A DNA stretch of 64,000 bases from Octopus vulgaris (lineage: Eukaryota). The notes beneath the pieces were generated by a model, which worked only from the letters and a program-made list of their open reading frames with translations, did no database searches and was not told the DNA's origin. The position numbers and the translations under genes were made by a program. Position 1 is the first letter of the stretch. Each line of letters begins with the position of its first letter. This document shows positions 52,862 through 64,000 of this stretch, piece after piece. Where the stretch lies: assembly GCA_951406725.2 (NCBI GenBank), contig OX597820.1:35836001-35900000 (forward strand), read 5' to 3'.

Positions 52862-53057
52862 GTTTGGCCAAAAGTCACCTGACAGTAAATTAAAATTCTA
52901 AAAATACTGTCTGTAATTCTGTAGTGACTCGACTAGAAAAATGTGTCGCTGAAGAAGGACCTCAGTTTGAAGATTATTCATGAGGTCTCATATTTAGATG
53001 TTTTTATCAAAATTAAATGATTTTGATTTACTGTCAGATGACTTTTGGTCAACACTT
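52859..53057. mobile_element. Tc1/mariner-type MITE, about 200 bp
   Basis: TIRs CAGGTTTGGCCAAAAGTCACCTGACAGTAAATTAAAAT / AAGTGTTGACCAAAAGTCATCTGACAGTAAATCAAAAT; TA on the left. Confidence 0.8.
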
Positions 53058-53360
53058 AAAATCTCTTTTCAAACATTGTATTGCATTTAAATTTCTATCT
53101 TATAATTAACTAAATTTGCATGGAATAATGGTTTCATATTTTTTTATAATTAACACCGAAACTGTTAATATATGAATGCGGAACAGTCATTTTAACGAGT
53201 TATCGCCCGGCGATATACATCTGCACTACCGGATGCTCCTGAACCAGTTGTTGAGTGATACTAGATATGTCGAAACAATTGTCGTGATAAATAATAAATT
53301 CTCGTATATTCTGTCTTTCATTTGTTATGTATGTATATATATATATATATATGTATATAT

Positions 53361-53729
<369 letters not shown>

Positions 53730-54049
53730 TATACATTTTTCTAAATCTTGTACGACTCTATTTGTGTCTATCAGCCCTTTCACGCTTATTCGTTCATTCT
53801 GCTCTTCGTTCTTTCGTTTCCCCTCTCTCACATTTCATAGCCTTCTCTTCTTGCTCACTTTCCCTCCACTTTATACTTCACTGTGTACCTGTCATTTTTT
53901 CTCGCTCCTCCTTAATTCTTCTGTCCCTCAGCTTCTACTTCTCTCTCTTCTCTTCCCACGTGACCGACGTTCGGCCAAGCCTGTTCTTTCTTTCTGGGTT
54001 GGCCGTTGTCCGTGCAACATCGATATTCCTCCCTGTGTTTGTAAAATCT

Positions 54050-54835
54050 TGTATCCCTGCCGTAAGGTTTCATTTCCACAAACGCCAGCTTAATTTGATT
54101 TGTCCTTAGTCGAAAGACACCTGCTGTTATGTCCTGTTATTATATTTATTGTATTTGTGTAACATTCTCCGATTTTTGTCCGTCCTTATTGCATACATTC
54201 GCTGCTTTCTTCCAAGGAATCTTATGCTCTTAGCTTAGTTTTTTTCCTTGGGGCTGGCCAGATTCGAGCAATCTTAAGTATAATCAGCCGAAATTGCGAA
54301 GATAAGCTGGTACTTGTCTGAGGAAAGAAAACTTCGAATGACCATTCATTGTTTTCTGTGTATCGTCTATCTGGATGTTTTGTTTTCACAATTTTGCATC
54401 ACCTAACTGTCCGGATGTTTTGCGTTCTTGTCCCATTTTGTGAGCACTGCTACGATAACATCGATTTCTTCGTCTGCCGTAAGGCATTATTTTACAAATA
54501 CGCCAGCTAAGCTAAGTTGAACTGTCTAAAGTCGAAAGACACCCGTTGTTTTTGTCCTGTTATTATTATTATTGTGTTTTTTGTATTTATATTCGTGTGG
54601 CATCGTCCGTTTTTCTGTCCTTGTTTCGTATACATTCGATCCTTTTGCCAAGAAATCTAATGCTCGTAGCTTAGTTTTTCCTTGGAGCTGGCCGGATCGG
54701 AGCGATCTCAAGATTAATCAGCCGAAATTGCGAGGATGATTCGGTTCTTGACTGAAGATTAGAGGCTTCGAATGACCCGTCCGTTTTCTGTGTCGTCTAT
54801 TTGAATGTTTTGCGTTCTTGTCTCATTTTGTATTT
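54050..54835 (+). repeat. Two diverged head-to-tail units of family E
   Basis: CTGCCGTAAGG...GTCGAAAGACACC...CGTTCTTGTCYCATTTTG at about 54057-54441 and 54475-54835. Confidence 0.8.
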
Positions 54836-54850
54836 TTATATATATTTTTT

Positions 54851-55028
<178 letters not shown>

Positions 55029-55039
55029 CATATATATAC

Positions 55040-55480
55040 GTGGCTGTGTGGTAAGTAGCTTGCCCACCAACCACATGGTTCCGGGTCCAGTCGGATTGCG
55101 TGACACCTTGGACAAATCTCTTCTACTATCTTGTGAGTGGATTTTGTAGAAGGGAACTGAAAGAAGTCCATCGTGTATGTGTGTGTGTGTGTGTGTGAGT
55201 GTGTGTGTGTGTGTGTGTGTGTCTGTGTCTGTGTGTGTGTGTGTCTGTCTGTGTGTGTGTGTGTGTCAGTGTCTGAGTTTGTGTGTCTGTGTTTGTCGCC
55301 CCACTATCGCTTGACAACCGATGCTGGTATGTTTATATGCTCGTAACTTAACGGGTTCAGCAAAAGTGACCGATAGAATAAGTACTAGGCTTACAAAGAA
55401 TAAGTCCTGGGGCGGATTTGTTCGACTAAAGGCGATGCTCCTGCATGGTCGCAGTAAAAGGACTAAAACAAATAAAAGAA
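55040..55480 (+). mobile_element. SINE family A with expanded internal (TG)n
   Basis: Direct match to the family. Confidence 0.85.
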
Positions 55481-55969
55481 TATATAAATACACACGCATA
55501 CGTGTGTGTATCTATGTATACACACACACACACACATTTGTGTATGTATGTATGTATGTATGTATGTATGTATGTATGTATGTATGTATGTATGTACGTA
55601 TGGTTGCATGTATGTATGTATGTATGTATGTATGTATGTATGTATGTATGTATGTACGTACGTATGTATGTATGTAAAACGATTGTAAAAACGGAACAAT
55701 CAGAATGTAAATTTGATAAAAAGAAATGAACAGAACAAACAAGAACAGTGTGTTCAGCCATCGGAAAATTCCATAGAAATTTTAGTTGAGGTGGTGTGGA
55801 CGCAGTGGCGGGGAGAGATGTTTTCGTGACAGTCATACTCACGTCAGTGGATTCATGTGATGTTTTTGACTGCTTAGCATTAGAATCAAGATGATTACTC
55901 ATGCTTAAGTTTCAGTGGCCGTCTGGGGATATGTATGCAAAAATATATATAAGCACGTATATATGAATA

Positions 55970-56352
55970 TCTCTCTCTATATAAACGGCAGTTTGTCTGT
56001 GCGTTTTCTGTGTGTCTGTTTTCTCGTACCCTCACTCTGACCACGGCTTTCAACCGATTCTGATGAAACTTGACACACACATAGCCCAATGTCATAATTC
56101 AAAACTAACGCAGCGAAAATTTTGAAAAGTTCCCCCAGTTCTGAAAAAAATCGATAAATTCGACATGGGGTCGAGAATCAGAAACCCAAACCACAGACCG
56201 TCTAGGGGACGCAACTCCACCTTTTTTAACTCTCAAAAAAAAATTTACCATCATTTTTTTTCCATTTTTTGGCTATTTTTTGGCTATAACTCTCTAAAAA
56301 TGCTTTATAGTTATTTCCCTTACAAACCTGAGCAACGCCGGGCGATACTGCT

Positions 56353-56354
<2 letters not shown>
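55970..56354 (+). mobile_element. Non-autonomous Helitron-like element
   Basis: 5' TC start; 3' GAGCAACGCCGGGCGATACTGCTAG shared with 2020-2551. Confidence 0.75.
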
Positions 56355-56424
<70 letters not shown>

Positions 56425-56548
56425 ACACAAACACACGTACATATACATATATGTGTCTGTATATACATAAATATAAATATATATATATACATATATATAT
56501 ATTTATGTATATATATATATACAAACACACGCACATATATATATATAT

Positions 56549-56582
<34 letters not shown>

Positions 56583-56645
56583 CACACAAACACACGTACA
56601 TATACATATATGTGTCTGTATTTACATACATATTTATGTACATAA

Positions 56646-56677
<32 letters not shown>

Positions 56678-56785
56678 TTATGTATATATATATATATATA
56701 CAAACACACGCACTTATACATATATATGTATCTATATATACATACATATATATATATACATAAATATATATACATATACATACAT

Positions 56786-56837
<52 letters not shown>

Positions 56838-56903
56838 TTTTACATGTTTCAGTCATTTGACTGTGGCCATGCTGGAGCACCATATATGTATGTATGTATT
56901 ATT

Positions 56904-56937
<34 letters not shown>

Positions 56938-57269
56938 GGGGGGAGGAGACAGATATATAACCAGAGAGAGACAGAGAGAGAAAGAGAGAGTTTTTAGACA
57001 TGAATGCGTGCGTGTATGCGTGTAGGAAGATTTATATAGACATCAACATGTGCGTGTTTGTATGTGGCCGAATGTGTGATTGCGAGTGTGTGTATATGGG
57101 CGCATGTAGCTCAGCGTCTTAACAGTGTGTATGTCTATGTGTATCTATGTGCGTATGTATATGCGTTTATAGATAAATGCATAGACATATCCGTATCTGC
57201 GAGTGTGAATGTCAATAGGTATATGTGTATAGTTTGGTAGGTGTGCATATGTATGTTCGTGTATACAGG

Positions 57270-57414
57270 TCTATATTTAAGAGATGAGGAATTATGTACA
57301 TTATTTACATTATTTATATTTGATGGATATTTGTCCTCATCTTGTTTGTTGTTAACACAACGTTTAGACTGATATATCCTCCGGCCTTCATCAGGTGTCT
57401 TGGGGAATTTTCGA

Positions 57415-57449
<35 letters not shown>

Positions 57450-57573
57450 GTCGTCGTCGTCGTCATCGTCATCGTCGTCGTCGTCGTCATCGTTATTATC
57501 ATTATTATTATCGTTGTTATTATTTTTATTGTTGTTGTTGTTGGTGGTGGTGGTGGTGATGGTGGTGCTGTTG

Positions 57574-57605
<32 letters not shown>

Positions 57606-57647
57606 GCTGTTGTTGTTGTTGTTATTATTAATATTATTATTATTATT

Positions 57648-57701
<54 letters not shown>

Positions 57702-58024
57702 AGTCAGTTAGTTAGTTAGTTAGTTAATTTGGCTCAAAAGCAAATAGCAAGGCCATGTAGGGGGACATGGAGTTAAGTACAGGGTGGTGTTCATGTAAAG
57801 AGTTCAGGCCACTTGAGGTCCAAGGGAGGCTTTGAACAAAGCGGTCGTCGGCATCTTCACCATCTCGTCTGGCAGCTTGTTCCACGGATCCGCAACCCGG
57901 ACGGAGAAAGCTGTTGTTATTATTATTATTATTGTTATTGTTATTGTTGTTGTTGTTGTTGTTATTATTATTATTATTGTTATTATTGTTGTTATTGTTA
58001 TTGTTATTGTTATTGTTGTTGTTG

Positions 58025-58056
<32 letters not shown>

Positions 58057-58157
58057 CGTTATTATTATTATTCTTGTTATTCTTGTTGTTGTTGTTGTTA
58101 TAATTATTATTATTATTATTATCATTATTATTATTATTATTATTGTTGTTGTTGTTG

Positions 58158-58192
<35 letters not shown>

Positions 58193-58419
58193 GTTATTGT
58201 TATTGTTATCGTTGTTGTTGTTGTTGTAGTTGTTGTTGATATTATTATTATTATTATTGTTATTATTATTGTTATTGTTATTGTTATTGTTATTGTTGTT
58301 GTTGTTGTTGTTGTTCTTATTATTATTATTGTTATTATTATTATTCTTGTTATTCTTGTTGTTGTTGCTGTTGTTGTTGTTGTTGTTATTATTATTATTC
58401 TTGTTGTTGTTGTTGTTTC

Positions 58420-58456
<37 letters not shown>

Positions 58457-58597
58457 GTTATTGTTGTTGTTGTTGCTATTGTTGTTGTAGTTGTTGTTGT
58501 TGTTGTTGTTATTATTATTATTCAGGTCAGTGCCTGGAATCGAACTCGGAATCTTGGGGTTAGTAGCCCGTGCTCTTAACTTCTACGCCATATGCCC
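57270..58597 (-). mobile_element. Composite element F copy 2: tRNA-like head, long (AAT/AAC/GAT)n, HHR tail
   Basis: Head 58521-58597 matches 31448-31525 and tail 57270-57416 matches 31900-32015. HHR 57354-57399 has CUGAUGA but UAAA instead of GAAA. Confidence 0.7.
57701..57912 (-). mobile_element. CR1/L2-like LINE 3' end with (TAAC)n tail inserted in the microsatellite
   Basis: Minus translation FSVRVADPWNKLPDEMVKMPTTALFKASL matches the FSxRVxxxWNxLP...FKxxL motif. Confidence 0.75.
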
Positions 58598-58827
58598 ACG
58601 GGTAGCACACCATGACCCTCCAAATTAGGAACGGTATTTGACAAACCGCTAAGTCACAACACAAAATACGATGTTGAGATTTTTTGACCGATGTGGATAT
58701 AAATGATACACGAGGACACAGACACACATACACCTATGACATACATACATACATACATACATACATACATACATACATACATACATACATACATACATAC
58801 ATACATACATACATACATGTATACATA

Positions 58828-59766
58828 TGGCTGTGTGGTAAGAAGTTTTCTTCCTAATCCACATAGTTCTGGGTCCATTCCCACTACTGGGGCCTTGTGC
58901 AATGGTCTTCGACTATAAACTCAGGCCAACCAAAGCCTTGAGAGTGGATTTGTTTGATGCAAACTGAAAGAATCCCATCGTAGATATGTTTATGTATTTA
59001 TATGAGTGTGCGTCTTTGTGTTTGCATTTATGTTTATCCCCCTACCACCGTTTCATAACCGATGTTGGTTTGTTTACGTCCTCGTAACTTAGTGGTTCTG
59101 CAAACAGTAACCAATGGAATAACCATCAGACTTAAAAATGTAATTATTACTGGAGTCGATTTTTTTCGACTACACTCTTCAAGGGAGTCTAGTCGCAGTT
59201 CAATGACTGAAACAAGTAAAAGATAAAAGATAATATATGTGTACGCGCGCATGTGTGTTTATGTGTGTACATACACACACGCCCATACATACATACATAC
59301 ATACATACATACATACATACATACATACATACATACATACATACATACATACATACATGCATACATACATACATACACACACACACACATATCTCTTTCT
59401 CTTTTTTATTTGTTTCAGTCATTTGACTGTGGCCATGCTGGAGCACCGCCTTTAGTCGAGCAAATCGACCCCAGGACTTATTCTTTGTAAGCCTAGTACT
59501 TATTCTATCGGTCACTTTTGCCGAACCGCTAAATTACGGGGACGTAAACACACTAGCATCGGTTGTCAAGCGATGTTGGGGGGGACAAACACAGACACAC
59601 AAACTTATACACACACATACATATATATACATATATACGACGGGCTTCTTTCAGTTTCCGTCTATCACAAGGCTTTGGTCGGCCCGAGGCTATAGTAGAA
59701 AACACTTACCCAAGGTGCCATGTGGTTCGTAAGCAAGCTACTTACCACACAGCCACTCCTACGCCT
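58828..59766. mobile_element. Tail-to-tail SINE A pair: (+)58828-59230 diverged, (-)59405-59766
   Basis: Direct match to family A. Confidence 0.85.
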
Positions 59767-59779
59767 ATATACATACACA

Positions 59780-60416
59780 CATACCTAATAAACAAAAGGG
59801 ACAGTGAAGCCCTTGGAGCTCTAGATGCCACCGAAAATGTAGATTACGTCATATTTCATGTGATTAGCAGCTACCCAAAAATATCATCAAGGCACGACCA
59901 CCCTACGCGCTACATCGTTGTCGCAAAAATAAAATGCAATGACATTCGGGGAAAAATGACTGTCTTGGAATAAATATAGAAAATCCCCCAGTTATTGAAT
60001 ACATACACAGACATCAGCAGAAAAACATACTGGTGGAACATTCCCATCCAAACATCTGTCAAGTGGAAATATAACAGGCAGAATTTTGTTGTTTCAGACA
60101 GATAAGAGAAAGTGTGTACGGTCATAGAGGTCAGCTGTCCAGCTGATGTGAATACCACTTTGGAAATCAAAGATAAAGAGGGTAACTATGGACAGTTGCT
60201 TCGAAACTTCCTCTTTCTATATCGAGATTATAAATTCACGTATATATCAATAATAATTGGTGCATTTGGTTTTGTGAGTAAATTACTAGGCGTCAATCTG
60301 GATAAGTTAGGATTTTCGGAAAAAGAAATGAACTAACTAACTTGCACATTACAAATACAACCTGTAAGTGGAACTGTATAAATATGCTATACTTTTTTTT
60401 CAAGTTTAAAATGTGA
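59780..60416 (+). pseudogene. R4/Dong-like non-LTR element C-terminus (zinc-knuckle remnant plus restriction-like endonuclease)
   Basis: FHVISSYPKISSR, YWWNIPIQTS...YNRQNFVV, VIEVSCPAD, KDKEGNY and IIIGAFG correspond to the NRPD, IEVxCP, KxxKY and IIGALG motifs. Stops present. Confidence 0.75.
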
Positions 60417-61289
60417 AATTGTTTTTGTTATCCACATTCCAATGATGGAGCTTTGAATCTTTGATAGAAACCATTTCCTTGCCCAGATGAAGAAATTAGA
60501 TGATTAAAAACAGAAGAGAACATACATACATACACACATACATACATACACACATAGATACATGCATACATACATACATACACATTGATATTTGCATACT
60601 TCTGGGTATGCAAATTTATAATACATTAAAAGTCAGCATGAATATTGCTTACTTGCTTGCTTGCTTACTTGCTTGCAATGTTACCCAGCCAAACTGGCGC
60701 ATAATGGGAAAATGCTATGAATTAAGTTTACCCTGAAATGTTAATACAAACGGAATAAAACAAGTTTCACGTAAATTTGACAAGTATTTTTTGTGATAGA
60801 AGTTTTCGCAATATAAGTACCCAAAATGGTGCATAATGGGGCAATATCCTGAAAATAATCTTAATCCTGGAAGAGAAGAAACTTATCTTTCGATTAAACA
60901 CAGTGACTTGACAACGGAAAAATACGATTTGTTTTGTTTGTTTTTTTTGCAGTAAATGTTTCTATTTTCGCTTTTGTTAAACACAATATTTTAATCATAT
61001 AGCAATATTTCTAAGTGAATGCGATTTCAAAAATCTAAGTTGTTTGTACAGTAAGTATTTATATTTTAGCTTTCTTTAAACAGACAATATTTTAATGTTT
61101 TTTTTAAATAAATTTCAAGTGAATATCATTACAAAAAATTTTGTTGACATATTTAAAAAATGTTCTAAAGTGAAAATGACTTTTAAAATGCGATAAATAT
61201 TTCATTAAAAAAACCCGTTCGTAACCTTGCTGTAAAATAGTTTTTTTCTATTGTTTTTTTGTTTTGTTTTTTCGAGTGCATTCAATGTA

Positions 61290-61578
61290 TCTCGCCTCCA
61301 AAGATTTGGCTGGTATTTCTTGCACGCCTTGCTACCACGTAACAGCTGTTTGCAATAAAGGACCCGAGATATCTGCAACGTGGTAGCAGGGCGTGCAAGA
61401 AACAGCAGCCAAATCTTTCCTGCTCTGGGGAAAGGAGCCGTTTACGCGTGATTTCGATATCACATTCATTGAAAGCTTGCGAAATAACCTGGAAGAGAAA
61501 AAAAGAACCCACGAAACAAAACTCCGTTGCTAGGAAGCTCAGACTTCCCCAGTTACCCAACGGGTCACGAGTAGTCTA

Positions 61579-61579
<1 letters not shown>
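61290..61579 (+). mobile_element. Possible Helitron 3' portion
   Basis: Ends CCCAACGGGTCACGAGTAGTCTAG followed by T and (TA)n. Confidence 0.4.
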
Positions 61580-61643
<64 letters not shown>

Positions 61644-61647
61644 TATA

Positions 61648-61975
<328 letters not shown>

Positions 61976-62259
61976 TAGAAAACAGGATTCTACAGTTTCC
62001 CTGTACCAAACCTCAGTCGTAACCTTTCGCATACAGATACAAACGCACGTGCTGAACGAGCGCATACACTCATGCTCACGCACACACACACACACTCACA
62101 CACACATGCACATACACTCTCACATACACACACACAGAGTCACACAAAGAAACTCCTTAGTATATTAATGTACCTAGTATAAACAGATACATAACGAAAT
62201 GCGTTCACATATACACACAAACGTATTTCAACACATTACGCATACAAAGACCGAAAGAA

Positions 62260-62331
<72 letters not shown>

Positions 62332-62868
62332 GCGTGCGTGTGTGTGTGTAGTGCATGAGATAAAAAGGGAGTATCCACATTCCTAATTACTGTAACCACA
62401 CCTCATTATATTGTGTCGTTTTTGAATTGGGAAACTCGTCATGTGAAAACACCGAAAGCCTGGTGAACAACAGGGCAAACAGCAATCATCAAGATTCTCT
62501 ATTATTTTCTCTTGTCCTATTCACTTGTTCTCTTTTCCTTTCATTCTCTTGTTCTGTTCTGTACGAGAATTTTTAAGTGGATGCTTGGTTTGCTAGAATA
62601 GCAGCAAAAATTTTTCTTCTTTCTCTCTCTCTCTCTCAAATCACTTCAAGCCGCAATACTTTACGAATTTTTCCCATTGGCTACACCCTTTTTAAAGAAA
62701 TTTTTTCGTGTTTTCGTGAGACATTAACTATCAAATATCAAGTCACGTGTCACCTGTTACGTGTTCTATTGCAATCAGAATTGTCTAATCTCAACTATAC
62801 TTCACAGTTAGTTATTCTTCAAATATTGTCCCATTTTGCTTTATTCGTTGCGTGATAAATTATTAACT

Positions 62869-63107
62869 CACTGAAGTATCGTAGTACACGAAAGTGTCAC
62901 CATACACCTAGAGATTATCAGCGGTACACCTAGAGATTATCCACCACACTGGAACATATCGTAGCACACCAAAAGATTGTCGGAGGCACAGCCGGATATT
63001 ATGAGTGGCACATAATGTGATACAACACACCCAGAGATTATCAGCAGCTCACTAAAGTTTCCCGACTCACTCAGAGATTACCGGCCGCTCACTAAATTAC
63101 CGCTCAC
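62869..63107. repeat. Degenerate minisatellite, about 12 units of 15-22 bp
   Basis: Units start CAC/CAG/CAT; consensus about CACCYAGAGATTATCRGNRGCA. Confidence 0.75.
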
Positions 63108-63184
63108 ATAGTTCGGAAGCATTTTCCCGGCCACTATCTAGTAATACGTCCATGACAGCCACAAACACAACCACATATATTCAA

Positions 63185-63414
63185 TTCTTTATTGCCCACA
63201 AGGGGCTAAACATAGACGGGACAAACAAGGACAGACAAAGGAACTAAATCGATTACATCGACCCCAGTACGTAACTGGTACTTATTTAATCGACCCCCCA
63301 AAAAATGAAAAGCAAAGTCGACCTCGGCGGAATTTGAACTCAGAACGTAACGGCAGACGAAATACTGCTAAGCATTTCGCCCGGCGTGCTAACGTTTCTG
63401 CCAGCTCACCGCCT
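63185..63414 (-). mobile_element. SINE family B
   Basis: Near-identical to 7171-7404. Confidence 0.9.
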
Positions 63415-63526
63415 TATATAGTGTGCACCCTACCATGATACCTTTTTCAAGTCTACCATTTTGTAATGAAAGTTTCCACAGTGAACCTCATCATGGATTT
63501 AGTGAGTCCATATGCGACATCCAAGA

Positions 63527-63760
63527 GGTGCTTGGCTTAGTGGTTAGGGTATTGATCGTAAGATTGCGGTTTCGATTACTGCACCGAGCAACGCGTTGTA
63601 TTCTTGAGCAAAACATTTCATTGTAGGTTACTCCAGTCCACTCAGCTGGTAAAAAGAACTAACCCTGCAACGGACCGGCGTCCGACCAGGGTAGTAGTGG
63701 GGGTGAGTGGATATATGCGCCTCGGAAACTGGGAAACCGGCCGTATGAGATTATATGAAT
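63527..63760 (+). mobile_element. SINE family D, diverged
   Basis: TGGCTTAGTGGTTAGGGTATT...TTGAGCAAAACA...CAGTCCACTCAGCTGG. Confidence 0.7.
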
Positions 63761-64000
63761 CGGAGAATATGTCATGTACGACATCAAGAGCTTGACTACT
63801 GCTATTGATGCTTGGTTTTACTTCAATGCACTTTGAATTAGCTGATGGAGCACACTTGGATAGATCTAATCATACAACAGAGAGTCTGTTGTCAGTCCTC
63901 TTTGCCTTTTTAACGATGTGACTTATTGCTGATATGTGTTCAAGGGACCCAGAGTAGCTTGAGGCTCCCTCATTTTGACACTCATATCGGTGTACTTATT

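Noticed and set aside
53225-53285. CGAAACAAUUGUC palindromic stem III-like motif (similar remnants at 17810-17865 and 29153-29200)
   Set aside because: Core or stems are too decayed to call; possibly old PLE hammerheads.
54720-54780. Hammerhead in family E (CCGAAA...CUGAAGA...CGAAUGA)
   Set aside because: No consistent stems I-III in any topology across copies; GAAU rather than GAAA follows the core.
56059-56072. CUGAUGA in the Helitron-like element (also 15296, 24957, 45455 and 53389)
   Set aside because: Isolated 7-mers without correctly placed stem II, GAAA and stem I.
62869-63107. CRISPR-like array
   Set aside because: Units are contiguous and degenerate with no unique spacers or cas genes, in a eukaryotic context.

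Overview
Non-coding, AT-rich eukaryotic DNA made almost entirely of microsatellites and transposable-element debris. I found no credible host-gene exon. The repeat repertoire resembles a coleoid cephalopod (Octopus) genome; this is recognition, not a database result. It contains four multi-copy tRNA-derived SINE families (A-D here), non-autonomous Helitrons, decayed Tc1/mariner transposons (one DD34D and one DD37D, spacing counted from the translation), MITEs, and fragments of RTE, L1/Tx1, CR1/L2 and R4/Dong-like LINEs. Nearly all supplied ORFs are translations of simple repeats. The main unexplained signal is about a dozen minimal type I hammerhead-ribozyme (HHR)-like motifs (stem I - CUGANGA - stem II - GAA - palindromic stem III - UH - stem I), the architecture known from Penelope-like elements (PLEs). 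One has a fully canonical core (47552-47628). Two independent copies of a composite element join a tRNA-derived Pol III head, an (AAT/AAC)n spacer and an HHR-bearing tail, suggesting a ribozyme-carrying SINE. One HHR switches to another family's sequence exactly at the predicted cleavage site. All folds are by eye and activity is untested.
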